From Candidatus Microgenomatus sp. (GTDB lineage: Bacteria; Patescibacteriota; Microgenomatia; UBA8517): a stretch of 64,000 nt of DNA. Shown here piece by piece: positions 1-9,677 of the stretch (within the stretch, counting starts at the first letter, position 1; each line of letters opens with the position of its first letter). The notes beneath the pieces are model-generated. The model had not been told where the DNA came from. It ran no database searches and was given only the letters and a program-made list of their open reading frames with translations. The position numbers were made by a program, and so were the translations under genes. The stretch covers positions 40,271 to 104,270 of the forward strand of contig DYGT01000002.1 of assembly GCA_020724555.1 (NCBI GenBank). Direction: 5' to 3'.

Positions 1-58
1 GGGGCTTTGTAAATGTAAGTAGGCAGACTTTTTTAAACATTTATAGTAGTATGAAGGG

Positions 59-2119
59 ATGGACAGTCTAGAAAAAAATATAAAACAAATCAAACCACGT
101 TCAATTCTGGATCCGGATATGCCTCAGATGAAAAAAATTGAGCCTAATACTGAAACTCAGGGCGAAACTAAAGATGATGAAGTTAAAAGTGCGACAGATG
201 TCTCAGTCAAAAAAAAGCGTTTTAATTTTGGGGGCTTTCGGACCAAAAAAAAGCTTATATTATCAGTTTTTGGCGTAATTTTTATATTCTTATTATTGTT
301 CATTATCCTTTTTGTTTGGCCTGTATGGGGAATTTATAAAAACGGTACACGAGTATATGCCCAAGCGCGCGCACTGCAAGCTTCTCTGGCCACACAAGAC
401 ATAAACTTAGTTGAAAGTGAAGTAAATAAGCTGGAAAGCGACCTTTTGGGTTTTGAAAAATCCTTCAGGCAAACCGCGTATATAAAATATATCCCCTGGC
501 TCGGTGGTTATTGGAAAGACGGTGAAGCTGCTATAAATGCGGGAAAGTACGGGTTGGATACGCTCCAAATTTCTCTTGAGACAATAAAGCCTTATGCTGA
601 TATTATAGGTTTTACAACTGGTAATGAGGCTGGCAGCGGAGAAGAGACAGCCAATGATAGGATAGATTTTATTGTCAAAACAATAGAAAGCGTTGTACCT
701 AAAATGGATGAAATATCCCAAAACGCGGTTAAAGCCCAGGCCGAAATCCAAAAAATTGACCCCAAGCGCTATCCTGAAACTTTTCGCGGCAAAGAAGTGA
801 GAAACAACCTGGAAAAAGCAATTTCCTTAAGCCGCGAAATAACAACAATGATCAGCCAGAGCAAACCTCTTATGGAAGCGGCTCCATATTTACTAGGTAT
901 AGACGAAGAGCGGACTTATCTCGTGCTTTTTCAAAACGACAAAGAGCTCCGGCCGACTGGCGGTTTTTTGACCGCTTATTCCATAATGACAGTTAACAAC
1001 GGAAAGTTTAATCAAGCTGTTTCAAGCGATATTTACCATCTTGACGATATTTATAATCCTCGGGTTGAGGCACCTGACCCGATAGTTGATTACCTGAAAG
1101 GCCCTTATGTGATTAATAACAATTACCGTTTGCGCGATATGAATTGGGATCCGGATTTCCGGACCAGCATGGAACTGTTTACAAAAGAAGTTGAAAGGGC
1201 CGGTATAGATGAAATCGACGGCGTGATCGCGGTAGATACACATGTGGTAGTTAATGTTTTGAATGTCATAGGCCCCATCGGGGTACCTGGCTTTGGGAAT
1301 TTTAGCACAGAAATTGACGAGCGCTGCGACTGTCCGCAAGTAATTTATGAGCTTGAAAGTTTTGCTGATGTAGAAGGCCCAATTGTATGGAGCGAGAACG
1401 AGCCCGGAAAAATTGTCTATGCGCCGGAAAATTACGAGAACAGGAAAAAAATCGTCGGACCTTTAATAAATTCTATTATCAGCAACGCCATGGGCCAGGA
1501 AAAGGAAAGGCTACCCGACCTGGTTATGGCGGGCTGGAAATCGATTAATGAAAAACACGTTTTGTTTTATATGTTTGATGAAAAGGCGCAGGCTGGTGTG
1601 GAATCATTTAATTTGGCCGGAAGAATAAAAGAAACGGATGGCGATTATTTGCATATAAATGACGCAAATTTGGGAGGGAGAAAATCAAATCTTTATGTAA
1701 CCGAGGAAGTAGAACAAAACATTCAAGTGACGGATGACGGGACAGTCACAAAAACGCTTACGCTTACGTATAAAAATTCTCAAGATTACGACGGTTGGCT
1801 TAATTCAGTACTTCCTAACTGGACAAGAGTTTATGTCCCGGAGGGATCTGAAATTTTAGATGTCGAAGGGTTCGAAGACCCGGGAGAGACTTATAGTGAA
1901 CACGGAAAAACGGTTATTTCCGGGGGGTTTGAGCTTCGTCCCCAAGGAGTTAAAAAAATAATAATTACGTATAAACTTCCTTTTAAGGTAGAAGACAAGT
2001 ACAAACTTTTGATACAAAAACAACCGGGGAAAGACAAGCCGCTTTATACGATTAATATCGGCAAAAACAGCGAAGAGCTCTTCCTTAACGCCGATACTTC
2101 ATTTGAATTTAGCCTGTAG
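59..2119 (+). CDS. hypothetical large membrane-anchored protein (Lys-rich cytoplasmic N-tail, one TM helix, ~600-aa extracytoplasmic domain; possibly DUF4012-like)
   Basis: 686-aa uninterrupted ORF; basic N-terminus (KKKRFNFGGFRTKKK) followed by hydrophobic helix LILSVFGVIFIFLLLFIILFVWPVW; no catalytic motif recognised. Confidence 0.55.
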   Translation: MDSLEKNIKQIKPRSILDPDMPQMKKIEPNTETQGETKDDEVKSATDVSVKKKRFNFGGFRTKKKLILSVFGVIFIFLLLFIILFVWPVWGIYKNGTRVYAQARALQASLATQDINLVESEVNKLESDLLGFEKSFRQTAYIKYIPWLGGYWKDGEAAINAGKYGLDTLQISLETIKPYADIIGFTTGNEAGSGEETANDRIDFIVKTIESVVPKMDEISQNAVKAQAEIQKIDPKRYPETFRGKEVRNNLEKAISLSREITTMISQSKPLMEAAPYLLGIDEERTYLVLFQNDKELRPTGGFLTAYSIMTVNNGKFNQAVSSDIYHLDDIYNPRVEAPDPIVDYLKGPYVINNNYRLRDMNWDPDFRTSMELFTKEVERAGIDEIDGVIAVDTHVVVNVLNVIGPIGVPGFGNFSTEIDERCDCPQVIYELESFADVEGPIVWSENEPGKIVYAPENYENRKKIVGPLINSIISNAMGQEKERLPDLVMAGWKSINEKHVLFYMFDEKAQAGVESFNLAGRIKETDGDYLHINDANLGGRKSNLYVTEEVEQNIQVTDDGTVTKTLTLTYKNSQDYDGWLNSVLPNWTRVYVPEGSEILDVEGFEDPGETYSEHGKTVISGGFELRPQGVKKIIITYKLPFKVEDKYKLLIQKQPGKDKPLYTINIGKNSEELFLNADTSFEFSL

Positions 2120-2143
2120 AGATTTTTAGGTATAATTAACTTT

Positions 2144-2683
2144 ATGTACCAGATCAAATCCCGGGCGTTTGTTTTAAAAAAGGTAAATTATTCCGAAACC
2201 GACCGGGTTGTGACACTTTTAACTAAAAATAAAGGAAAGATGCCTTTTATTGCAAAAGGCGTACGCCGGCCAAAAAGTAAAAAAAGGGGGCATCTGGAAA
2301 TATTTAATTTAATAGAATTTTCGGGAAGCATTAAAAACGGGAAGATGGGGTATCTGAGTGAAGTAACTACCGTCAGGAGTTTTCCTTCTATTAAAACGAG
2401 CTTAGGAAAAATAGCATTAGCATATTATTTTATGGAGGTTGTCGGTCGTGTAAGCCAACATGAAGATGCCAGTGAGGATCTGTTTAAACTCGTGGGAAAA
2501 TATTTAGCTAAACTGGAAAAAACAAACAGGCTTAAGCTTTTAAGGGAAGAGTTTATTTATGATTTGTTGGTATTAATCGGTTTTTGGCCGAAAGGCATTG
2601 AAATGCAAGACCCAGACGAAGTGCTTGAGGAGGTATTGGAGCGTAAATTAAGTTCACTCCGGGTTGGAAAAAGACTTTTGTAA
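2144..2683 (+). CDS. recO: DNA repair protein RecO (short form lacking C-terminal zinc-finger region)
   Basis: N-terminal OB-fold signature AFVLKKVNYSETDRVVTLLTKNKGKMPFIAKGVRRPKSKKRG typical of RecO; only 179 aa. Confidence 0.6.
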   Translation: MYQIKSRAFVLKKVNYSETDRVVTLLTKNKGKMPFIAKGVRRPKSKKRGHLEIFNLIEFSGSIKNGKMGYLSEVTTVRSFPSIKTSLGKIALAYYFMEVVGRVSQHEDASEDLFKLVGKYLAKLEKTNRLKLLREEFIYDLLVLIGFWPKGIEMQDPDEVLEEVLERKLSSLRVGKRLL

Positions 2684-2727
2684 GGCGCTTCTTTTTAAAT
2701 TTAAATTCACATCGTATAATCAAATAT

Positions 2728-4110
2728 ATGGATTTAATGGACAAAGTTGTTTCTTTGGCAAAGCGCCGTGGATTTGTTTATCCGGGCTCTGAGATTTATG
2801 GCGGGCTGGCCAACACCTACGATTACGGACCAATGGGAGCAGAGCTTCTGCGAAATATTAAAAATGCCTGGTGGAAATATTTCGTCCATGGAAATGAGGA
2901 AATTATTGGACTGGACTCCAATATATTAATGAGCCCAAAAGTGTGGGAGGCTTCGGGACACACGGCAAATTTTACCGATACACTCATAGATTGTAAATCC
3001 TGCCAAAACAGGACACGGGCAGACCACATAATCGAAGATTTTTATGCCCAAAAGGGCAAAGAAATAAAAGTGGAAGGCCTAAGCCTATCCGAGCAAAAAA
3101 AACTAATAGATGACAATAAAATTAAATGCCCGGTTTGCGGTGAATTTAATTGGACCGAACCACGAAATTTTAATATTTTATTTGAAACTCATATTGGTAT
3201 CATCCCGGAAGAAAAATCTCTTGCGTATTTACGCGGTGAAATTGCCCAGGGAATGTTTGTTAATTTTAAAAACATACTGGACTCGATGTCGCCCAAACTT
3301 CCTTTTGGTTTGGCACAATCCGGTGCGGCTTTCCGAAATGAGATCACCCTCGGGCGCTTTATTTATAGAACCCTTCAATTTAATTTAAGTGAATTTGAAT
3401 ATTTTTTTGACCCTGAAACAGATGAGTGGAGAAGTGTATATGATAAGTGGCGCGAAGCTATGTGGGATTGGTCCACAAACATCCTTGGTTTAAACCCCCA
3501 AAAGCTTCGTTGGCGTGAGCACACGGAAAATGAGCGTTCACATTACAGCATGCGCACGGAAGACCTTGAATATGAGTTTCCTTTTGGCTTTAAGGAATTG
3601 TACGGTTTGGCTTATAGAACCGACTATGACCTTACAAATCACATGGAAAAATCCGGAGTGGACCTTCGTTATACCGATCCGCAAACGGGCCGCAAGTTTA
3701 TTCCCCACGTTATCGAGCCCACATTCGGCATGGATAGAAGTTTATTGGCAACTTTATTGGACGCATATCATGAGGAAAGCGACGGAAAAATCTCCCTTAA
3801 ACTTAAACCCACGCTTGCACCTTACCGTGTTGCTGTTTTTCCCCTTTTGGCAAACAAACCGGATCTGGTTAACAAAGCGCGTTTAGTCTATGACAAATTG
3901 CGCCGTTTTTATAATACAGCTTGGGACAACCGTGGAAATATTGGTAAGCGCTATGCAGCCCAAGACGAAATAGGGACACCATATTGTGTAACTGTTGACT
4001 TTGAAACGCTCGAAAACGGGACAGTTACCGTGCGGGACCGCGACACAAAAGCCCAAAGTAGGGTTGCTATTGACAATCTCTTGAATTATCTGAAAAATAA
4101 AGAAAGTTAA
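2728..4110 (+). CDS. glyQS: glycine--tRNA ligase (class II, dimeric GlyQS type)
   Basis: N-terminus KRRGFVYPGSEIYGGLANTYDYGPMGAELLRNIKNAWW and overall 460-aa length match archaeal/eukaryote-type GlyRS used by many bacteria. Confidence 0.85.
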   Translation: MDLMDKVVSLAKRRGFVYPGSEIYGGLANTYDYGPMGAELLRNIKNAWWKYFVHGNEEIIGLDSNILMSPKVWEASGHTANFTDTLIDCKSCQNRTRADHIIEDFYAQKGKEIKVEGLSLSEQKKLIDDNKIKCPVCGEFNWTEPRNFNILFETHIGIIPEEKSLAYLRGEIAQGMFVNFKNILDSMSPKLPFGLAQSGAAFRNEITLGRFIYRTLQFNLSEFEYFFDPETDEWRSVYDKWREAMWDWSTNILGLNPQKLRWREHTENERSHYSMRTEDLEYEFPFGFKELYGLAYRTDYDLTNHMEKSGVDLRYTDPQTGRKFIPHVIEPTFGMDRSLLATLLDAYHEESDGKISLKLKPTLAPYRVAVFPLLANKPDLVNKARLVYDKLRRFYNTAWDNRGNIGKRYAAQDEIGTPYCVTVDFETLENGTVTVRDRDTKAQSRVAIDNLLNYLKNKES

Positions 4111-4827
4111 ATGAAAAAATATTTGCCGGTTGTTATATTTGTCCTTGGTGCGCTAATCCTTGCGGGAGGATTTTTTTTCCTTCGCGGCAACGACGACAAC
4201 CCTGAACAAGAAGAAGACGAAGAAGCTGTAGCTGAAATACCCTTTGAGCAAAGACCGGTTGTGAGTCTTACCCCAACAGAAGACGGACATTATTTGATCA
4301 TGAGGATGAATAATCTTGGGCTAAAGGCTAAGACTCTGGATTATGAAATATTATATGATACCGCCGATGGAATCACTCAAGGAGTGCCCGGAACGGCCCA
4401 GCTAAACGGGTCAGAAGTTGAGCGGGATATACTTCTCGGGTCTGAATCTTCCGGTAAATTCCGTTATGACGAAGGCGTGGAGAAAGGTACCATAACGCTT
4501 CGCTTTAGAGATGACAAAGGAAAATTAGTTGGTAAATTAACCACCGAATGGCACCTCCAAACTAACACCGATAAACTAACAAGTAGTGACGGCAAGTTTA
4601 CCTTTAGCTTAAGCGATGAATCGGACGCTTGGTTTGTAACAATGAATACGTTTGGGGCTCCGGATGGCCTGACCGGGCAGCCGGCAAGCGGTCCCTATGG
4701 GGTATTTAGTTCGAGTAAGTCAATTATGGGCACCCCTGAAATGCCCGGAAGTATTCGTTACTACGACGGCAGCCGTTGGAATGAAGTGGAGGGAGAAACT
4801 TCTACCGGAATTTTTGTAGCAGAATAA
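4111..4827 (+). CDS. hypothetical exported protein (N-terminal signal/TM anchor, acidic linker)
   Basis: ORF start abuts glyQS stop; hydrophobic N-terminus VVIFVLGALILAGGFFFL then EQEEDEEAVAE low-complexity region. Confidence 0.5.
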   Translation: MKKYLPVVIFVLGALILAGGFFFLRGNDDNPEQEEDEEAVAEIPFEQRPVVSLTPTEDGHYLIMRMNNLGLKAKTLDYEILYDTADGITQGVPGTAQLNGSEVERDILLGSESSGKFRYDEGVEKGTITLRFRDDKGKLVGKLTTEWHLQTNTDKLTSSDGKFTFSLSDESDAWFVTMNTFGAPDGLTGQPASGPYGVFSSSKSIMGTPEMPGSIRYYDGSRWNEVEGETSTGIFVAE

Positions 4828-4917
4828 TTACTTCAATTATTTTACTAAATTAGCCTTATTGTGAAATAAATTTTTGGGTCTTATTGGTCTTGACATGGCC
4901 GTGAAAATATATCAAAA

Positions 4918-4942
4918 TGGTGTTATCTGGTGAAAAATGGTG
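4918..4942 (+). promoter_or_regulatory. candidate MraZ operator: three TGGTG direct repeats with 5-nt spacers (10-bp phasing) ending 4 nt before the mraZ ATG
   Basis: Sequence TGGTG-ttatc-TGGTG-aaaaa-TGGTG at 4918-4942. MraZ is known to bind phased GTGG-type direct repeats in its own promoter. TTGACA hexamer at 4890-4895 upstream. Confidence 0.4.
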
Positions 4943-4946
4943 AATA

Positions 4947-5387
4947 ATGATAATAGGAAACTTTGAATCAAAATTAACAGAAAACAGAAGAGTCGCCATA
5001 CCAAAAAAATTTCGCCGGGAAATTGGGAATAAGTTTGTAGTTGCACGTTGGTATGAAAATTGTCTGGTACTTATAGGGCACAATAAATGGAACGAGCTAG
5101 TGGCTAGGCTAACCGGAAAGAGTGAGATACTAACAGCACCCGTAAGAGATACGGACCGTTTTATTTTAGGATCTGCGTTTGAGCTTGAGGCCGACGCCCA
5201 AGGTCGGGTTTTGCTACCCGAGAACCTGGTAAATTATGCCGGACTTTCCCATGAGGTTTTATTTATCGGCCTAGGTGACAGGGTAGAAATATGGGATAAG
5301 ATGGCCTGGCAAAAAAGAGAAAGTTACGTCGCAGTTAACGCCGCCAAAATGGTGGAGAAAATAGCAAGTGATAAAAGACTTAAGTGA
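4947..5387 (+). CDS. mraZ: division/cell-wall cluster transcriptional regulator MraZ
   Basis: 146 aa; tandem MraZ/SpoVT-AbrB-like halves (RRVAIPKKFRREIG ... GRVLLPENLVNYAGL); first gene of dcw cluster. Confidence 0.85.
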   Translation: MIIGNFESKLTENRRVAIPKKFRREIGNKFVVARWYENCLVLIGHNKWNELVARLTGKSEILTAPVRDTDRFILGSAFELEADAQGRVLLPENLVNYAGLSHEVLFIGLGDRVEIWDKMAWQKRESYVAVNAAKMVEKIASDKRLK

Positions 5388-6246
5388 AATCCATAAACCA
5401 GTATTGGTATACGAAATATTGGATATTTTGCACATTACACCTGAAGACAAAATTATAGACGCCACTTTAGGGGCAGGCGGACATACGCTGGAATTTTTAA
5501 AAAAAGGGGCAAAAACGCTTTCATTGGAAACCGACCCTAAAATGCTTAAACTGGCGCGTAAACGTATAGGAGACAGTGAAGCAATTTTGGAGCACGCCAA
5601 TTTCATTCACATTAAAGAAATAGCGCATAAATACGGTTTTTCTCCCGTAAAAGGCATTTTGTTTGACCTTGGGATCTCGAGTTTCCATTTAGACGAAGAT
5701 GAACGCGGCTTTTCCTTTAAAAACGAAAACGCGCCGTTGGATATGAGGCTTGACCCAGGGAATATGGAGGTCAAGGCATCGACCTTACTTAATGTTTTAA
5801 GAGAAGACCAGTTAAAAGAAATGTTTATGGTAAGCATGCCGCCGGCAAGTGCCAAAAAATTGGCTCAAAAAATTTGTGAGAAAAGAAAGAATAAAAATTT
5901 TTCGAAAATGGGGGATCTGACTGCTCTTTTTGCTAAGCGTAAACCAGGTAAAATTCACCCTGCTACAAGAGCAATAATGGCCCTTCGAATAGCAGTAAAC
6001 AGCGAATTGGAAAATCTTACTGTTGCGCTTGACCGGTCTTTTGATTTACTTGGCCCAAAGGGAAAAATCGTGGTTATTAGTTTTCACTCAGGTGAAGATA
6101 GGATTGTAAAGAATAGGTTTAAATCTTGGGAAAAACTTGGTTGGGGTCTGGGGCAAGGGCCCATTAAACCAAGCGAGGATGAGCGGGTACAAAACCCGCG
6201 TTCGAGAAGCGCAGTGATGCGCGTTTTTGAAAAAAATTTTAGTTGA
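5368..6246 (+). CDS. rsmH: 16S rRNA (cytosine1402-N4)-methyltransferase RsmH
   Basis: HKPVLVYEILDIL...DATLGAGGHTLEFL SAM-binding motif; overlaps mraZ end by 20 nt. Confidence 0.85.
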   Translation: MIKDLSEIHKPVLVYEILDILHITPEDKIIDATLGAGGHTLEFLKKGAKTLSLETDPKMLKLARKRIGDSEAILEHANFIHIKEIAHKYGFSPVKGILFDLGISSFHLDEDERGFSFKNENAPLDMRLDPGNMEVKASTLLNVLREDQLKEMFMVSMPPASAKKLAQKICEKRKNKNFSKMGDLTALFAKRKPGKIHPATRAIMALRIAVNSELENLTVALDRSFDLLGPKGKIVVISFHSGEDRIVKNRFKSWEKLGWGLGQGPIKPSEDERVQNPRSRSAVMRVFEKNFS

Positions 6247-6250
6247 TACA

Positions 6251-6544
6251 ATGAAAAACAAATTAGTTACCAGAGGGCTGGTGTTCCCACTAGCCGGTAT
6301 TATTATGATGGTTATAGCCATCGTGGTCGTAAGTATCAAGGCGGCTTCGCTTGGTACTGAACTTATACAAATAGAAAAACAAATAAGACTGGTTGAGGCT
6401 GAAAACAGAAAAATTATGGCCCAAACCGTAGAAGGTACATCCCTGACGCGCATCAATCAAAAAGCCCTTGATCTTGGTATGATAAAAGCAAGCGAAGTGT
6501 ATTTTCTGGGACAGGAAACAAGCCAAGTTGCCCAGCTTCCTTAA
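6251..6544 (+). CDS. ftsL: cell division protein FtsL-like (single TM helix plus coiled coil)
   Basis: Small ORF between rsmH and ftsI; hydrophobic helix FPLAGIIMMVIAIVVVSI followed by heptad-like region; start chosen at ATG 6251 just after rsmH stop (ORF track start 6227 overlaps rsmH). Confidence 0.6.
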   Translation: MKNKLVTRGLVFPLAGIIMMVIAIVVVSIKAASLGTELIQIEKQIRLVEAENRKIMAQTVEGTSLTRINQKALDLGMIKASEVYFLGQETSQVAQLP

Positions 6545-8267
6545 CATGAGAAATAGACTTAGATTTATAAGTGTCTTTTTTTTATTAGGATCCATTGCTA
6601 TTGTTGCCAGACTGTTTTATTGGCAGATAATTAAAACCGGTGAATTAACCCAGCAAGCTCGCGCACAACAAATAACAAATCAAAAATTAGATGCCCAACG
6701 CGGAAGTATCCTTGCTAAGGATGGCACCTGGATGGTTTCAAGCGTTGACGCTTGGCGGGTTTATGCATCTTTGCCTGAACTTACTAAAGACCCCAAAACT
6801 CTGGCTAATATTTTAGCTCCAATTTTGGTAGATTCACCCAAAGAGGGTGAAGACCCCGAGCAGTTACTCAGAAACGAAACTGTGCGTCTTGAAAATTTAT
6901 TAAACAGAGAAGGTGTATGGGTTGCTTTAAAAAATCAAATTAGCCAGGAGAAAAAAGAGAAAATCGAAAAATTGGACATACCCGGAATCGGACTTGAGCT
7001 TCAGGAAAGCCGCATTTACCCCGAAGGAAGCTCAAGTGCACATCTTTTGGGGTTTGTAGGGCAAGACGAAGAAGGTATGAGCAAAGGATATTTTGGTTTG
7101 GAAGGCTTTTATGACCTGACTCTTGCCGGCGAACCTGGTTTTTGGCAACGGGAAGCAAACGCTTTGGGCGTGCCCCTAATCGGCGGTCTTTCCCGCCAAA
7201 AAGAAGCGACGCGTGGGGTGGACTTGGTAACCCACATCGATAAAACAATTCAAATTATAGCCGAGCAAAAACTGAAGGAGGGGATGGAAGTTTACGGTGC
7301 AATACAGGGCACTGTCATTGTTTTGAGGCCGAAAGACGGAGCGGTTTTGGCTATGGCGGCTTTGCCGGCATTTGACCCGGCGAAATTTGTAGATTATGGA
7401 AATGATTTATTTAAAAATCCGGCTATATCTGATTCGTTTGAGCCCGGGTCTGTATTTAAACCCATAATTATGGCAGCAGCACTTGATGCGGGTGTGGTCA
7501 AGCCAGATACAAAATGCGATATTTGCGGGGGGCCCCTAACCATAGGCAAATACCAAATTCGGACTTGGGACAATAATTATTTTGAAAATTCGACAATGGC
7601 TGAAGTCATTATGCATTCAGACAACGTTGGCATGTCTTTTGTCGGGCAAAAACTTGGTAAAGAGCGAGTCATTGATTACCTTAAAAAATTCGGCTTAGGT
7701 GAAACGACTGGCATTGATCTTCAAGGAGAAGCAAGGCCACCACTTAGGGATGAAGATGATTGGGGAGACATTGATGTGGCAACCTCTACTTTTGGTCAGG
7801 GCATAGCGGTAACACCCATTCAAATGGTTTCAATGATTAATACCATTGCCCGCGGAGGAGTAAAAGTTACGCCGCAAGTGGTAGATAAGCTAAAAATTGA
7901 TGGCTGGGAAGAAGATATCCTCCCCAAAGAAGGCGAGCGGGTGATTAGTGAAAAAGCTGCCCGCGAGATGACGGAAATGATGGTTTTGGCAGCTTCCCAG
8001 GGTGAGGCTAAATGGGCGATTCCCAAAGGTTTTAAAATAGCCGGAAAAACCGGAACAGCACAAATACCTGTATCCGGCCATTATGATACAGACAAGACAA
8101 TCGCCAGCTTTGTTGGCTTTGCGCCACCCGTAAACCCGAAATTTGTCATGCTTGTAACTTTGCGCGAGCCACAAAGCTCTCCATGGGCCAGTGAAACTGC
8201 AGCGCCTTTGTGGTTTAGCATTGCGCGTGAACTATTTACTCATATGGGTATCCAACCAATGTATTAG
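6528..8267 (+). CDS. ftsI: peptidoglycan D,D-transpeptidase FtsI (class B PBP)
   Basis: N-terminal TM anchor; transpeptidase motifs SVFK, SDN (HSDNVG), KTG (AGKTGTAQ). Confidence 0.85.
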   Translation: MPSFLNMRNRLRFISVFFLLGSIAIVARLFYWQIIKTGELTQQARAQQITNQKLDAQRGSILAKDGTWMVSSVDAWRVYASLPELTKDPKTLANILAPILVDSPKEGEDPEQLLRNETVRLENLLNREGVWVALKNQISQEKKEKIEKLDIPGIGLELQESRIYPEGSSSAHLLGFVGQDEEGMSKGYFGLEGFYDLTLAGEPGFWQREANALGVPLIGGLSRQKEATRGVDLVTHIDKTIQIIAEQKLKEGMEVYGAIQGTVIVLRPKDGAVLAMAALPAFDPAKFVDYGNDLFKNPAISDSFEPGSVFKPIIMAAALDAGVVKPDTKCDICGGPLTIGKYQIRTWDNNYFENSTMAEVIMHSDNVGMSFVGQKLGKERVIDYLKKFGLGETTGIDLQGEARPPLRDEDDWGDIDVATSTFGQGIAVTPIQMVSMINTIARGGVKVTPQVVDKLKIDGWEEDILPKEGERVISEKAAREMTEMMVLAASQGEAKWAIPKGFKIAGKTGTAQIPVSGHYDTDKTIASFVGFAPPVNPKFVMLVTLREPQSSPWASETAAPLWFSIARELFTHMGIQPMY

Positions 8268-8315
8268 TCTGGTTCCAAGTCACCTTTATAATTTCTGACA
8301 CAGCTTGTTTTTCAT

Positions 8316-8324
8316 TGATATAAT
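8316..8324 (+). promoter_or_regulatory. extended -10 promoter element (TGATATAAT) upstream of murA
   Basis: TGnTATAAT match 23 nt upstream of murA ATG; second TATAAT at 8286-8291. Confidence 0.35.
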
Positions 8325-8346
8325 ATCACTACTGCAGCAGTTTTTT

Positions 8347-9645
8347 ATGGATATTAAAATTCAAGGTGGGAAGTCAATAAAAGGGGAAGTTGAAACTCAT
8401 GGCGCGAAAAACTGTGTAACGAAGGAGTTGGTCGCTTCGCTCTTGACTAGTAGTGAATGTGTGTTGGAGAACGTTCCTGATATAATTGATGTTTCATTAA
8501 CGCTTGACATGATTACTGCGTTGGGTGGAAAGGTTGAGAGGAAAGACAGGTCGTGCGTTGTTAGGACTTCAAACATTAAGTTAATGAAAAGGAGTGAAAT
8601 TGATAGCTTTTCTGGTAAAAGTAGAGTACCGATTCTTTTGTGTGGTCCACTGCTGGCTCGACTCGGAGAAGTGTTTGTGCCTAGCTTGGGCGGATGTAAT
8701 ATAGGTCCTAGGCCGATTGATTTTCATATTAATGCATTGAAAAGTTTGGGAGCTATAGTTGAGGAGAATGAAGATGGTTTATATTTAAAGGCTGATGGGC
8801 TTATGGGTGCTAAAATTGCTTTGGATTACCCAAGCGTGGGAGCTACTGAGCAGGTGTTGCTTTCTTCCGTATTGGCGAAGGGCAAGACTGTTCTTAGCAA
8901 TGCTGCGGTTGAGCCGGAGATTATTGACCTTGTTTCCTTACTTCAGAAAATGGGGGCGGAGATCTCTGTTGATACAGATAGACAAATAACGATTGTTGGA
9001 GTTGAGAAATTGCATGGGTATCGTCATGTTGCTATGCCGGATCGTTTGGAAGCCGTTTCCTGGGCATGTGCTGCTATTGCAACCGGGGGCGAGGTCTTAG
9101 TTAAGGATGCCAGGCAAAAAGACATGATCACTTTTTTGAATAAATACAGACAAATAGGAGGAGGTTTTGAGGTGAGGGATAATGGCATAAAGTTTTGGAG
9201 GGAGACAGACATAGTTAAACCTGTGTTTATTGAAACTGATGTTCACCCCGGGTTTATGACTGATTGGCAGCAGCCGTTTGTTGTCGTTCTTACGCAGGCT
9301 GACGGGGTGTCTATTGTGCACGAAACGGTTTATGAGAACAGATTTGGTTTTACTGAAACTTTAAACAAGATGGGGGCAAAGATTCAGCTTTATAGGGATT
9401 GCCTTGGTGGCATGAGTTGTCGGTTTGGTCAGCGGAACTACCTGCATAGTGCAGTGATAGTAGGGCGAACACCACTCAAAGCCGGAAAAATTGTAGTCCC
9501 AGACCTTCGTGCGGGTTTTTCTTATATAATTGCAGCATTGATAGCTAAGGGTGTCTCTCAAATACAAAACATCAATATTATTGAGCGAGGTTATGAAGAT
9601 TTTGTTGGTAAGTTAACTTCCTTGGGTGTAGATGTATGTTCTTAG
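8347..9645 (+). CDS. murA: UDP-N-acetylglucosamine 1-carboxyvinyltransferase MurA
   Basis: MDIKIQGGKSIKGEVETHGAKNCVTKELVASLL aligns with MurA N-terminus (E. coli MDKFRVQGPTKLQGEV...); start moved from ORF-track 8305 to ATG 8347; distinct G+T-rich codon usage. Confidence 0.85.
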   Translation: MDIKIQGGKSIKGEVETHGAKNCVTKELVASLLTSSECVLENVPDIIDVSLTLDMITALGGKVERKDRSCVVRTSNIKLMKRSEIDSFSGKSRVPILLCGPLLARLGEVFVPSLGGCNIGPRPIDFHINALKSLGAIVEENEDGLYLKADGLMGAKIALDYPSVGATEQVLLSSVLAKGKTVLSNAAVEPEIIDLVSLLQKMGAEISVDTDRQITIVGVEKLHGYRHVAMPDRLEAVSWACAAIATGGEVLVKDARQKDMITFLNKYRQIGGGFEVRDNGIKFWRETDIVKPVFIETDVHPGFMTDWQQPFVVVLTQADGVSIVHETVYENRFGFTETLNKMGAKIQLYRDCLGGMSCRFGQRNYLHSAVIVGRTPLKAGKIVVPDLRAGFSYIIAALIAKGVSQIQNINIIERGYEDFVGKLTSLGVDVCS

Positions 9646-9677
9646 TAGTCCGGATGAATTATGAAGAAAGATGCTGG

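Noticed and set aside
2684-2727. T-box or other leader upstream of glyQS and upstream of ileS (24695-24745)
   Set aside because: Intergenic regions are only ~44 and ~51 nt, far too short for a T-box riboswitch; no specifier/T-box sequence visible.
8305-8346. ORF-track start of murA at 8305 (MFFIDIISLLQQFF...)
   Set aside because: MurA homologues begin at MD(K/I)(F/I)x(I/V)xGG; the ATG at 8347 matches that N-terminus. The extension also lies upstream of the TGATATAAT element.
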